The notes: generated by a model from the sequence alone, not told the origin. DNA of 64,000 nt from Candidatus Hodarchaeota archaeon (GCA_016839815.1 JAEOTM010000060.1:1-64000); one strand, 5' to 3'. Shown: positions 19,577-30,556, numbered from the stretch's first letter. Translations and numbers: made by a program.

Positions 19577-19912
19577 ATGGTAAATTTTTGCGAAAAATGT
19601 GGTGCCTTACTTCAGCCGACTAGAAATGACAAAGGAATAATTTCTTTGTTCTGTAAAGTATGTAAAGAAGAATCCAAAGAAGAATTTAAGGACCAATCGT
19701 ACCAGATAAAATCGAAAATCAATCATTCAGAGAAAGATAGATTAACAATAATTGAAGACGAGTTTGATGTTCGACCAACTGCACGTGTTATCTGTCCAAA
19801 ATGTAGTCACACTGAAGCTCGTTACTGGGAAGCTGAAGATAGACGAAAAGAGGAATGGGAAACTACTACTTACTACCAATGTGTTAAGTGTAATTGGGTA
19901 TGGTCTGAGTAA
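19577..19912 (+). CDS. Transcription factor S / RpoM-like double zinc-ribbon protein, non-canonical
   Basis: FCEKCGALL...CKVC and CPKC...YQCVKCNWVWSE; loop EDRRKEEWET in place of QTRSADEP. Confidence 0.88.
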   Translation: MVNFCEKCGALLQPTRNDKGIISLFCKVCKEESKEEFKDQSYQIKSKINHSEKDRLTIIEDEFDVRPTARVICPKCSHTEARYWEAEDRRKEEWETTTYYQCVKCNWVWSE

Positions 19913-19931
19913 ACCATACTTTCTAATTATG

Positions 19932-20441
19932 TTACTCTGGGATGGAAAATTCCCAACCGCAATGAAAATCTCGTTCTAGGTCGTCTGGAGGACAAGCTAT
20001 AACTTTTGTTTGAATACGTGGATCTATCGTTGATGCAAATCCTGTATACTCTACCATACCTACCTCTTTACATGGGAAGTGAGGTAATTTCTTTCTTTCT
20101 CGTGCTGCCTGTACCCGACAAGTTTTCATTTTAAAAATTAGAGTTGATGAACTATTACGCTCAATTTCCTGTTCGTTTATCGTCGCATAAAGACGATAAC
20201 CAAGTGCTTTCTCGAGTCCATCTAATCCCGCTCCTTCTGGAATAGAAAAGGTCTTCATTATCCGTTTTGCCTCAACAATGGTAAATCGTTCCCAGCTTTC
20301 TTTGTCAATTTGGATAGCTTCCTTTAAACCATGTCTTTTTTCTGCGGCTAAGAACCAGCATCCATCATGTGCTAACCAATTTTTGGCATACATTCGAATA
20401 ATTTCAATTAAATCGTCCTTAGATAGATTTTCAAGTGACAT
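19932..20441 (-). CDS. DUF6125-like protein
   Basis: KNWLAHDGCWF, CRVQAARERK, CKEVG, CPPD, CGWEF. Confidence 0.7.
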   Translation of the reverse strand: MSLENLSKDDLIEIIRMYAKNWLAHDGCWFLAAEKRHGLKEAIQIDKESWERFTIVEAKRIMKTFSIPEGAGLDGLEKALGYRLYATINEQEIERNSSSTLIFKMKTCRVQAARERKKLPHFPCKEVGMVEYTGFASTIDPRIQTKVIACPPDDLERDFHCGWEFSIPE

Positions 20442-20444
20442 CTA

Positions 20445-21152
20445 CTAATCCTCTTCCTTTTCAACTGGATATTTTCTTTTCAGTAAGTTTATGACGGTTT
20501 CCTCTAGCTCTTCGAGTGAAAGAGCTTCATTCCTTAAAGTTAAATCAAAAAATTTCTTGTCTCGGAATGAAACTTCATAGATCCTTTCAAGGCGCTCACC
20601 ATCAGTTTTATCACGCGATTGAATTTTTTTTATTAGCTCCCTTTCGTTCATACGAAATTCAGCACGCGTAGGATCATTAGCTAACCGTTGTGCAATTACT
20701 TGTGCAGCAACTTCCAACCATATCGTTGTACCGTAGGTTCCAATGACAAATGGGGCCATACGTCCAACAAAAATACCCCCCTCTAAAAGTGCAGTTTTTA
20801 AAGCATGTTTTTCAATCTCTAAATCTACCTTCTGGGCAAATTCAGCGTCTTGCGTATTTCTAATATGAGCCATGAATTCATCCATGTTTTTTTCGTCCCA
20901 TCCCGATTCAATAGCAATTTTTCTAACAAATTCCCCTGCATGAATCAAATTTAGAGAAACATTATGATTTAGTTTAAAGAATTTCTTAACAATAATCGCT
21001 ACTGTATCCTTCCCAGTTCCAGAAAAGCCTCCAATCGCAATGATAGGAATGGAGTTATCCCCAATTTCCTGAGCGAACTGATCAAGGAGTGATTTTTCAA
21101 ACTCCTTGAGTCTTGGAATGAATGTACTCATAAGCTTTACAGCGCCACTCAT
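20445..21152 (-). CDS. cmk: Cytidylate kinase, archaeal type
   Basis: GFSGTGKDT, AGEFVR, VD..IE, GRMA, RD..D..R...IY. Confidence 0.75.
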   Translation of the reverse strand: MSGAVKLMSTFIPRLKEFEKSLLDQFAQEIGDNSIPIIAIGGFSGTGKDTVAIIVKKFFKLNHNVSLNLIHAGEFVRKIAIESGWDEKNMDEFMAHIRNTQDAEFAQKVDLEIEKHALKTALLEGGIFVGRMAPFVIGTYGTTIWLEVAAQVIAQRLANDPTRAEFRMNERELIKKIQSRDKTDGERLERIYEVSFRDKKFFDLTLRNEALSLEELEETVINLLKRKYPVEKEED

Positions 21153-21925
21153 TTGAAATTCGGTTTTTGTTTCTTAAGGAAAGCCTCTACTCCTTCCTTA
21201 ACATCTTCATGCGAAAAACACAAAGCAAACAGCTCTGCTTCCATCCTAATTGCATCAAGAAGAGACATTTCCGGACCTCTATTAATAGCCTCTTTTGCCA
21301 TGTTCAAAGCAAACGAAGGTCCTTTAGTAAGACGTGTTGCAATTTTCAAAGTTTCTTCTTCAAGATCTTCTGCTGAAACAACCCAATTTATTAATCCAAA
21401 TGATTTCGCAGTTTTTGCATCAACATTACCACCAAGAAATATCATTTCTTTAGCCCTACCTGCTCCTACTAGTCGGGATAGTCGCTGCGTACCTCCAGCA
21501 CCTGGAATTAAGCCCAATTTTATCTCTGGTTGTCCGACTATAGCTTTCTCACTTGCTATTCTCAGATCACAAGCCATCGCCAATTCAAGTCCTCCACCCA
21601 AGCAGTACCCATTTATGGAGGCAATAACTGGGATTGACAAATCTTCCAGTTTATTCAGAGTTTCCTGTAACTTTAAGATGATTTCTCTGATTGAAGTGGG
21701 TGCTTTACCTTCAAACATGGTAATGTCAGCACCTGCGATAAAAGATTTCTGTCCAACACCTGTTATCACAACAACTTTTGTATCAGCATCTTTAGAAAGG
21801 TTTTTAACACATTCAGATAACTCATTAATCGTTTTTTCATTTAATGCGTTTAGAGCTTTTTCTCGATTTATTTTTATGGTTGTAATTCGATTCTCTGTAG
21901 TAACAATTATGTTAGAATAAGTCAT
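21149..21925 (-). CDS. Enoyl-CoA hydratase/crotonase
   Basis: NALN, FIAGADI, GGGLELAMACD, PEIKLGLIPGAGGTQRL. Confidence 0.95.
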   Translation of the reverse strand: MTYSNIIVTTENRITTIKINREKALNALNEKTINELSECVKNLSKDADTKVVVITGVGQKSFIAGADITMFEGKAPTSIREIILKLQETLNKLEDLSIPVIASINGYCLGGGLELAMACDLRIASEKAIVGQPEIKLGLIPGAGGTQRLSRLVGAGRAKEMIFLGGNVDAKTAKSFGLINWVVSAEDLEEETLKIATRLTKGPSFALNMAKEAINRGPEMSLLDAIRMEAELFALCFSHEDVKEGVEAFLKKQKPNFK

Positions 21926-22134
21926 AGCAAACTATCACCTTACTAAAATTATAAAGGAGCCTCTTGTTGAAGAATTCAAATATTTATTGGGAAATGAGAT
22001 AATCTGAAAGGAATGGAAAAGAGATACTCTATTTATCCCCCTCGATTAGAGAGAATTCGTTGTTCCTTCACAACAAATTATATAAAGAATCTTTCGGCTT
22101 TTTTAAGCCGCTTATAAATAATTGAGGATTTAGA

Positions 22135-23568
22135 GTGAAAGAAACTAATCCCTTTACCGAATTTTTACTTGAACGCTTGAAATCCACCTCTGTAACTGAG
22201 CAAGAAGCTATTGCAATTGCGTTAGGATTTGAATCAAAAATTAATAACAAGATCCGATTCAAATACCTCGAGAAAGCCATTAAAAGTCAAAACAGTAGTG
22301 TTAGGCGGTCCGCGATAATTGGTTTGGCTTTTTCTTCTATCCTAAGTAAAGGAAAAAAACCAAAACATCAACAAAAGTATTTGAAAAAGCATTTCAAAGA
22401 TCCTCTTTCTTCAATTAGAAGTACGTCTGGATTAGGTCAAGGAATTAGTGCTTATTTTACACAGAACGACAAATATAAAAGGAAAATTAGTAAAGAAATC
22501 AGAAAAAAGCTGAAAAAACAACCTGAACAAGTAAAACAGGGTTTAGTTGTAAGTTTGGGATTACTTGGAGGAAAAGATAAATCAATTAAGAAAGATTTTA
22601 AGTACTTGAAAGATTCTTACCTGAAATTCAAACTTGATGATCCTACTCTTTATTTCATTGGATTCACTCTGAATGCAATTAATGCAAGAGAACCAGAGAG
22701 TGCTACTGACTTTTTCTTAAAAATTTTGATCCCTCCTTTAACTAGTAAGGAAAGCAGACGGATTGCGATTATCTGTTATGCCTTTCTTCTTCCCCTTATT
22801 TCAGACCCCACTATTCGTATAAAGAAACTCCTTGATTTGATTCACGGAGAATTTGAGTTTCAATCCAAATTTGGAACCGATTTAGCTATTATTTTCACGT
22901 ATTTTTCCTTGTGCAATAATGAAAATCTGAAACTAAAGTTTTTGCAATCATTAGATCAGATTAAGGAAATAGATCCAGACTATCATCAAATTTATCAAAT
23001 TTTATCAACAAATGAACAAATTATGGAAGTTCTTATTGAACTAATACAAAGTAATACTGCTGATATTAAAGCTGCAGGAATCAATACAAGTTTCTTCCTT
23101 GAAACAACCAAAGAGAAAGTCGATCTTGAACCATTTATTAAAGAAGGATTTTCTCAACGTGATTCAGGATACTTTGGACGCTTTTTAATCCTTTTAAGAT
23201 CGTTCTCATTCTGTTTACTTGAGAATAAATATTCCTATGCAATATATTTTGAACCTTATATTCACTCGAGTGACCAGCAGGTGAAAAGAATTGCAAGTCT
23301 TGCTTTTTCATGTCTTATTCGGATGAACCCAGAAAATATGGAAAACCTAGATTTAATTGAACGTTTACGTAGGGAACAAGATGAAAACGTCCGTTGGGGT
23401 TTGATTATAGGGGCTTCTCTTCCCCAAATAATAGGAAACTCAGCTTTAGATGATGAATTAATTCTTGGGCTGCTTTTATTGTGTTTGGGATATACGGAAG
23501 CAGGAATGTCGCTAGTTCTCTCACAAGCAATGATTCCGAAGTTTTATCAAGAAAAAAAAATTTCCTAA
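22135..23568 (+). CDS. HEAT/PC-like repeat helical protein
   Basis: Repeats SVRRSAIIGLAF, SIRSTSGLGQG, QVKQGLVVSLGL, QVKRIASLAF, NVRWGLIIGA. Confidence 0.65.
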   Translation: MKETNPFTEFLLERLKSTSVTEQEAIAIALGFESKINNKIRFKYLEKAIKSQNSSVRRSAIIGLAFSSILSKGKKPKHQQKYLKKHFKDPLSSIRSTSGLGQGISAYFTQNDKYKRKISKEIRKKLKKQPEQVKQGLVVSLGLLGGKDKSIKKDFKYLKDSYLKFKLDDPTLYFIGFTLNAINAREPESATDFFLKILIPPLTSKESRRIAIICYAFLLPLISDPTIRIKKLLDLIHGEFEFQSKFGTDLAIIFTYFSLCNNENLKLKFLQSLDQIKEIDPDYHQIYQILSTNEQIMEVLIELIQSNTADIKAAGINTSFFLETTKEKVDLEPFIKEGFSQRDSGYFGRFLILLRSFSFCLLENKYSYAIYFEPYIHSSDQQVKRIASLAFSCLIRMNPENMENLDLIERLRREQDENVRWGLIIGASLPQIIGNSALDDELILGLLLLCLGYTEAGMSLVLSQAMIPKFYQEKKIS

Positions 23569-25028
23569 ATTCGATTCTTCCACCTAAAATGATTGACCAT
23601 ATAACGGAAGACTTGCACCATCTTAGCTGGACTCGAAAATAAGGGATAATTCTGCGATTGTAAATAACTTACTCCTGGAGAATCTGCTGGGACTAGTAAT
23701 GTAGTAATTAGAATAGGTTTACGAAATCGATCAGAAAGTATTAAAATCTCTTTAAATAGTTCTACCTCTGCTAGAATTATGAAATCCAGATTTTCCTTAT
23801 CATCCTCTGGGATTAAGGGAGAAGATTTCGCTAGATTCGCAAGAAATGAAAAGCCTCCTATCCCAAGTAGTAGAATGGCTTCAACTTGAGGCATTTCTTC
23901 AAAGACAATGAGCATGATCTCTCGTAATGAGTCTAAATTTAATGAAGCAACAGTATCAATTGGGTTACCTTTAGACCAAAAAGGAGGAAGCAAATCATTA
24001 ATTCGATTAAATGCTCCCTTAGATAATGGCTCAAGTGTTATCCCATGACGAGAACATTCATCTGCTGCCATTACTCCCCACCCACCTCCTAAAGTGAGTA
24101 TCACTACTTTTCCTCTCGGAAAGCTCCAATTGATCCAGTTGGAAAATGCCAAGAATAAATCAAACATTTCCTCTAATGAATTTACAATAATACCACCAGC
24201 ACTTTGAAGAATATTTTTGAATACTGCATCATCTCCCGTAATAGCACCAGTATGAGAATGTGCTGCTCTTCTACCAGCTTTTGTTCCTCCTGCTTTGAGA
24301 ATAATGACTGGTTTAATTTTTGATATCTCCTTGACAAGAGATACAAATCTCCGAGAATCTTGGATTCCCTCCACATAAAGACCAATAACCTGTGTTTTTT
24401 CGTCTTGTCTCCCGAAGTACTCAAGATAATCCGCAAGTGTTAAATCAGCCATATTACCTGCTGAAACATAAGTATTCAAACCAATTCCTCTACGTGCCGC
24501 GACAGAAATACCAATTGTTCCTATGTTTCCAGATTGAGAAATGAAAGCCAATCCTCCCTGTTTTAGTTCTTTCACCGGCCACATAACGGCAGTAAGATTT
24601 ACACGGGTTGAGACTATTCCCATCCCATTTGGACCAATAATACGGATATTATGGTTTTTTGCAAAATCTAAGACTGTCTGTTCTAGTATTTCCCCTTCTA
24701 CTCCTGATTCTTTAAACCCTCCAGAAATGATAACAACATGCTGAATTTTTCGAAGAACCATTTGCTCAAGAATTGATAAAACTTTTGCAGCGGGGATGAT
24801 AATTATCACTAAGTCAATATTGGATTCCTCTGGCACATCCAGAATAGTTGGATATGCTTTATGTCCTAAAATTTGACTACTTTTTGGATTTATAGGATAG
24901 AAGGAACCAGTGTAGTTATTTTGGATGATATTATGGGCAACGATAAACCCCCAAGAGGAAATATTGTTACTAGCACCAACAAGTGCTATTGATTGAGGAT
25001 TGAAGAATGGATCAAGATCAAGTACCAT
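23565..25028 (-). CDS. Acetate/acyl-CoA ligase (ADP-forming), alpha subunit
   Basis: PQSIALVGAS, YPINP, IIGPNGMG, FISQSG, SAGNMAD, SHTGAI, NPID. Confidence 0.92.
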   Translation of the reverse strand: MVLDLDPFFNPQSIALVGASNNISSWGFIVAHNIIQNNYTGSFYPINPKSSQILGHKAYPTILDVPEESNIDLVIIIIPAAKVLSILEQMVLRKIQHVVIISGGFKESGVEGEILEQTVLDFAKNHNIRIIGPNGMGIVSTRVNLTAVMWPVKELKQGGLAFISQSGNIGTIGISVAARRGIGLNTYVSAGNMADLTLADYLEYFGRQDEKTQVIGLYVEGIQDSRRFVSLVKEISKIKPVIILKAGGTKAGRRAAHSHTGAITGDDAVFKNILQSAGGIIVNSLEEMFDLFLAFSNWINWSFPRGKVVILTLGGGWGVMAADECSRHGITLEPLSKGAFNRINDLLPPFWSKGNPIDTVASLNLDSLREIMLIVFEEMPQVEAILLLGIGGFSFLANLAKSSPLIPEDDKENLDFIILAEVELFKEILILSDRFRKPILITTLLVPADSPGVSYLQSQNYPLFSSPAKMVQVFRYMVNHFRWKNRI

Positions 25029-25193
25029 CAGAATTCAACTAGATTTTCATTAGAAAATGACATAAAGTAATCATATCTTTATCGACTTACTCACAGATTG
25101 GATATTTTGAAAACCATAAAAAAGATTCTGTGGATGTGTAATTCTAATGTATCCATTAATTGGAGCTTATTCGTCAAATAATTCATACTTTAG

Positions 25194-25673
25194 GTGATGA
25201 AATTGAGTATAGTAGAAAATGCTGAACTTCTCTCTATCTGGGGAAATCTGGTACATCCACCAAAGCAGATTAGTAGAAATGTTGTAGAATTAACTATAAA
25301 AGCAATCGATTCTTTCTATAGTCAAGGACATCTTGATTTTGGAGGGAGCGAATTCCGATCGGCTTTACTTGAGAATGTAGCTCCAATCCTTGAAGATGAT
25401 CCCAACTATGCCTGGTGGAGTCTCTCTCCTGGTCAATATCTGATAACTTACAATGAAATTTTGACTGATGTAAACTATTATACACTTATATATCCTCATA
25501 ATAGATTAATCCAAGCTGGAAGTACGCATCCAGCATTTTTTTGGACTCCGACATCGAAAAATCAGAAAATTAGCACGATTTTGCATGTTGGTGAGAAGGG
25601 GATAAGATTAAAAGAAAACTCTCGTATTTCCATTGCTTTGACGTATAAGAATCCCCTATCCGAGGGTGAATGA
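25194..25673 (+). CDS. dCTP deaminase/dUTPase-like trimeric fold protein
   Basis: LVH..Q...VELT, LDFGGSE, WWSLSPGQYLITYNE, GIRLKENSRIS. Confidence 0.7.
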   Translation: MMKLSIVENAELLSIWGNLVHPPKQISRNVVELTIKAIDSFYSQGHLDFGGSEFRSALLENVAPILEDDPNYAWWSLSPGQYLITYNEILTDVNYYTLIYPHNRLIQAGSTHPAFFWTPTSKNQKISTILHVGEKGIRLKENSRISIALTYKNPLSEGE

Positions 25674-25822
25674 GTAACTAGGCAAATTCAGAGTAATCTC
25701 ATTTTTATCTTTATTTTGGGTGAGGCCATAAAATATAAAGCATAAACAATTTCTATCAGATTGTCGTATACTATGACAAATGTAAACCTTATATCCTGTA
25801 ATACTTGTGAGTTGATACAAAT

Positions 25823-27730
25823 TTGGTAACACTAGAAGATATATTTCAAGATGTAACAGAAACAGGGAAAAAAAATCTTGTATTATTAGGTAATGAAGCT
25901 ATCGCAAGAGGAATTGTTGAGCTAGGTGTTGCAGGAGTATTTACTTATCCTGGTACTCCATCTTCTGAAATTCCTACAACCCTTTTCTTGGCAAAAGACC
26001 TTTTAAAGCAAAAAGGTTATGATTTATATCTTGAATGGAGTACTAATGAAGCTGTTGCACTTGAAAGTGCCTATGGTTTTTCTTTTAGTGGCTTACGAAC
26101 AATTTTCGTATGTAAACATGTAGGTTTGAATGTAGCTGCCGATGCGTTCTTAGCTTTGGTTAATGCAGGAGTATTAGGGGGATTAGTAATGATTGTGGCT
26201 GAAGATCCACAAATGCATAGCAGTCAAAACGAACAGGATAACAGATGGTACACAAAACTTGCCAATATTCCTTTGTTTGAACCTAGTGATGCTAAAGAAG
26301 CTAAAGAAATGCTTAAATCAGCTTTTGAATTGAGTGAAAAGTTTGAGACGCCTGTTATTCTGAGAACTGTCACTAGAATCGCCCATTCTAGAGCAGATGT
26401 CCCTCTCAATCCAATCTCTACTCCCCCTATCCAAAAAGATCTCAAATTGAAAATTGATCCTCCTCGTTTTGTCTGTGTTCCTGAAAATGCGAGACGGAAT
26501 AAAATTCGACTTCTAGAACGGGTGGCTCATATTTCAAATTATATTGTAAAAAGTAGCTGGAATCATATAAAACACGGAAAACAACAGGATTATGCAATTA
26601 TAACTTGTGGATCTGCTTATTCGTATACTCGTGAGGTTCTAAACTATTTACAAATGGATCTTCCCTTATTAAAAATAGGAATTTCACATCCATTTCCAAA
26701 AGAAATCATCATTGAGTTTCTTAAGACATATTCTTCAAGTATAGTGTTAATTATTGAAGAGGCTGATTCTGTTTTAGAAACTTTTATCAAAAAATTGTCT
26801 TTCGAAGAAAAGTTTTCTGGTAATATTATTGGTCGCTAAGAAGGTTTGACTCCGTCGTATGGAGAGCTTACCACGAGAAATTTATTGTTAGGTTTGTCGA
26901 AAGTAGTTGATTATGACTTACCCGTTCCCTCAATCCCTCCTCCTGAAGAAGATATTCTATTTTCGAGACCCCCAGTTCTATGTCCCGGTTGTCCTCATCG
27001 TGCGACATTTTATGCTCTAAATAAAGCAGTCCCAAAACGACATCGTATTGTAAGTACAGATATTGGATGTTATACTCTTGGGGCTTCCCCACCCTTAAAT
27101 GCTGGCCATTTGGTGATATGCATGGGGTCTTCATTAGGTATTGGCTCTGGTCTAACCCAAATCCCTCATCAAACAGACCCTGTCATAGCGGTTATAGGTG
27201 ACTCAACATTTTGGCATACTGGACTTCCAGGATTAGTCAATGCAGTTTATAATAAGAGTCAATTACTTCTTCTCGTTGTTGATAATTCTGCAACAGCGAT
27301 GACGGGATTTCAACCAAATCCCGGAGAAATGTTATCAATTGCTGATGCAGTCAGAGGAGTAGGAGTAGAAAATGTTGCTGAAGTTGATGCCTTTGATCCA
27401 AAAAGATCGCTGGAAGTTATCAAAGAATATGTAAACCGGAAAGGTGTATCCGTGATTGTTTCAAAGGGTGAATGTCGAATTCAATTCGTTCGTAGGGAGG
27501 GTCTTCCGGATACAACTTATGAAGTCGAATCATCTCGATGTGTTGGTTGCCATACCTGTGTCAACCGTATTGCTTGTCCTGCAATTATGTGGTCAGGGAA
27601 GAAAAATGAGAAAGGGAAAGAAATTCCTGTCATAGACCAATTTCTTTGCGCAAGATGTGGTCTGTGTTCTCATGTGTGTCCTTATGGTGTTATTGTTCCT
27701 AAAAAAGTAACAGATGGTGCTGATAAGTAA
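25823..27730 (+). pseudogene. iorA: Indolepyruvate:ferredoxin oxidoreductase alpha subunit, interrupted by in-frame TAA (two ORFs, 25823-26839 and 26846-27730)
   Basis: LGNEAIARG, YPGTPSSE, KHVGLNVAAD, SSQNEQD | RPPVLCPGCPHR, DIGCY, GDSTF, two CxxCxxC ferredoxin motifs; junction GGT CGC TAA GAA GGT TTG, all in one frame. Confidence 0.85.
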
Positions 27731-28328
27731 AATGAAGTATGAAATCTTTTTAGCTGGTGTTGGTGGTCAAGGAATTCTTTCTGTTACGGATATTCTTTGT
27801 AAAGCTGCTGTTGAAACGGGTTTTTCTGTCCGTGGTTCAGAAACTCATGGTATGTCACAGAGGGGTGGAAGTGTATTTGCGAATGTTAGATTTGGGGATA
27901 TCCATTCGCCATTGATTATGGAGCGGACAGCTGATATTCTTGTCGCTTTTGAACCAGCTGAAGCGTTGAGATATGCCCAATTTGTGAAATCAGATGGATA
28001 TTGCCTTGTTAATAAGCACCCAATTCCCAGTCCTAGTTTTATATTATCAAAAGAAACCTATCCAGAAATAAAAGTAATTCTTAACCAGCTACATCGTTAT
28101 TCGGAACATGTTTTTTCTCTAAATGCTACCCAAGCTGCAACTGAGCTTGGAAGACCAATAATACAAAATATTATCATGTTAGGATCATTATCTGCTGTTC
28201 CTGATCTTCCACTATCTGATTCGGCCTTGAGATTAGCATTAAAAAAGCAGTTTAAACCCCAGTTCTATGATCTGAATCTACAAGCTTATCAGCTAGGGCG
28301 TTCTAAGTTCGAAGAATTCTTGAATTGA
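27723..28328 (+). CDS. iorB: Indolepyruvate:ferredoxin oxidoreductase beta subunit
   Basis: AGVGGQG, ETHGMSQRGGSV, EPAEALR, NIIMLG; start approximate (ATG at 27716-area or 27732). Confidence 0.93.
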   Translation: MSKMKYEIFLAGVGGQGILSVTDILCKAAVETGFSVRGSETHGMSQRGGSVFANVRFGDIHSPLIMERTADILVAFEPAEALRYAQFVKSDGYCLVNKHPIPSPSFILSKETYPEIKVILNQLHRYSEHVFSLNATQAATELGRPIIQNIIMLGSLSAVPDLPLSDSALRLALKKQFKPQFYDLNLQAYQLGRSKFEEFLN

Positions 28329-28355
28329 TGTTTAGAATCTCATTAGGCAAACAAA

Positions 28356-28979
28356 TCATTTATCCAAATACAATCTTTGCTCCCATTCATCCACTATTTC
28401 TAAAATATCCTCAAGATACTTTACCTTCCCCATCTGGATTTTTCGATTATATGATGCAATGTCGTAGAGTAACCTCGAAGATTGACTGGTCTCTGATAGC
28501 ACATCACGGAATTGTTCTATGAATTCAGGAATTCTTTCTGGTGATTTATCCCAGAAACGGGCAAGATTTTCACGTAAAGCTTGAATTAATATTCTTAAAT
28601 CTCCTGCTTCTGATACAGATAATGAAGTTAACGTTTTATCTTGAATTCTTTCCTTAATCTGTTCTATGAGACGATTTGCAGCTTCTGTTCGATTTTTCAC
28701 TTTTCCAGCATCAATCCATGATTCTACTACCACTTCAATAAGCTGAAATAAAGCTAAATCCTCATTACCATAGATCTCAGGTAAATAATGGAATAAACCG
28801 AGTTTTGTGATGATTAATCTAAAATTAGCACTGACATATCGTTTTTCTCGCGAAGAGAATTTAATTCTCTTGAGTAAATCCCGAAAATCCTTCACATTTT
28901 TCCTCCCTGATTGATACTCGACTGTGAGATTTGGACGTATTTTTTCACAGACTTGATCTACAATTTTCACGTATATCAC
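28356..28979 (-). CDS. Hypothetical helical protein
   Basis: 207-aa ORF; no motif recognised. Confidence 0.65.
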   Translation of the reverse strand: MIYVKIVDQVCEKIRPNLTVEYQSGRKNVKDFRDLLKRIKFSSREKRYVSANFRLIITKLGLFHYLPEIYGNEDLALFQLIEVVVESWIDAGKVKNRTEAANRLIEQIKERIQDKTLTSLSVSEAGDLRILIQALRENLARFWDKSPERIPEFIEQFRDVLSETSQSSRLLYDIASYNRKIQMGKVKYLEDILEIVDEWEQRLYLDK

Positions 28980-29262
28980 CCAATCTATCTGGTTTAACCT
29001 GAATTCTTTGCTAGTTCTTACATAGAATCAGATAGTTGCCTAAATAAACCTTTTTATTTTCATTCATCAACAAAGAATTAGGTTTAGAGCGAAAGTTTTG
29101 GAAATGCTAGTTTAAATTCTTGTTGGTGTTCCAACAGAAGGTTTACTAGTGATTAAAATATGTAAAAAAGGAAAAATTGTGAGAATATCCACTTTAAGTG
29201 AATAAAAAATGATTATACCTGCATTACAACATGAATTTCAAGTTAGGGGTTTCTAACCGACG

Positions 29263-29541
29263 CTATTTCTTTACAATGGTGATTTCGATAGCGCTAACAT
29301 TTGATAGATTCCCCTCACGAGTTTCTATCTGTTCTGTATCTATTTTAATATCTGTAACATCGACAAGATCTTTCATGAATCTCCGTCTTAAAACCTCTGC
29401 AACATCTACTGCTCGACTTATAGCTCTACCACGAGCTTTTAACACAATTGAATCGGCATCCCGATTAAATTGCGTCACACAAGCCATGACGTATGCAGTG
29501 ACAGGTTTGTTTCCGATGAAAACCGTATTTTCCTCTGACAT
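29263..29541 (-). CDS. albA: DNA/RNA-binding protein Alba
   Basis: [34 protein letters not shown]; ATG at 29541 with AAGGAG RBS. Confidence 0.97.
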   Translation of the reverse strand: MSEENTVFIGNKPVTAYVMACVTQFNRDADSIVLKARGRAISRAVDVAEVLRRRFMKDLVDVTDIKIDTEQIETREGNLSNVSAIEITIVKK

Positions 29542-29725
29542 TTTCGATTTACTCCTTGTTCCTGTAAGTAAATTGTTAAGTCTGTGAATCACTGAGATTT
29601 TGTTATTCCATATTTCCTCTTTCTAATGACTTGAAAAACTTTGCGAATAGGCCTTAACTCCCTAGGATTTGTGATCATCAATTATGGTTACTAGGTAGAT
29701 GAAAACAATTAATCAGTTGTAACCG

Positions 29726-30358
29726 TTAAAGGGGGTCGTCTTGGATACCAGTAAAATACCCAAATAGATTTGCAGCAATGTGAGTTAAAAAAGTAATTGG
29801 AACCAAGAATGCTAACCATAATGGGGGACAAGGAATAATGGGATAAATAAATACCATGCCTAGAACAAGAAAACCAAGTTGGTCAAGGAAGATGAAGGTT
29901 TTTCCGCGAGGAATACCGCTTCTACGTTTTATAAACGAGCCTACCATGTCTCCAGTCATCCCTCCAAGAGTCGAAATTCCTCCTGTAACTCCTCCTAAGA
30001 CTAATGAATTCGCTAGGACATCAGCTAGGTTCAGAAAGGATAAAAGTGGGTAAATTATACTTGATTCATAGAATTCCTGATATTCAAGTCTAATATCAAT
30101 TGGTGGATTTCCAAAAATTACTCCATCAAATGAATTAATAATCCAAGCGAGGAGAACTCCAATAATTATTCCTACTAGGACTGCAAGCCAAAATCCTCTG
30201 ATTGTCTTTCCATCTCCTAAAATACGTTTTCCATCCTTCCAATAGCGGCCTCCGTCGATAGGAGGACCTCCTCCCAAAATCGTTGGTGCTGCGTTACCAA
30301 AATATAAAGGTAATACGAAAACGAGAATATCAAAGATTATTTGTCCAAGTTCGGCCAT
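29726..30358 (-). CDS. carS: CDP-archaeol synthase
   Basis: PLYFGNAAP, PIDGGR, LGDGKTIRG, GDMVGSFIKRR, LDQLGF. Confidence 0.93.
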   Translation of the reverse strand: MAELGQIIFDILVFVLPLYFGNAAPTILGGGPPIDGGRYWKDGKRILGDGKTIRGFWLAVLVGIIIGVLLAWIINSFDGVIFGNPPIDIRLEYQEFYESSIIYPLLSFLNLADVLANSLVLGGVTGGISTLGGMTGDMVGSFIKRRSGIPRGKTFIFLDQLGFLVLGMVFIYPIIPCPPLWLAFLVPITFLTHIAANLFGYFTGIQDDPL

Positions 30359-30556
30359 TAAGTAACATTTCCAGCATTCATCTGAACGGTCTGAATGACA
30401 ATGTTTAGTAACATTGAGTTATAGGGAGATAAAGGCAAATTTTGTCAAATATGTACTTTTTATTAAATTAAAGTGATTTGAACATCCACTCTGAGTGTTG
30501 GTACAAGAGGAATGCTAATTGTATAAACATCTTTTTCCTAAAGTGCGAATAATGGT

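Noticed and set aside
21153-21920. 255-aa plus-strand ORF
   Set aside because: Antisense shadow of the well-conserved enoyl-CoA hydratase; no motifs
30360-30420. Short inverted repeats upstream of carS
   Set aside because: Stems are short and AT-rich; expected by chance
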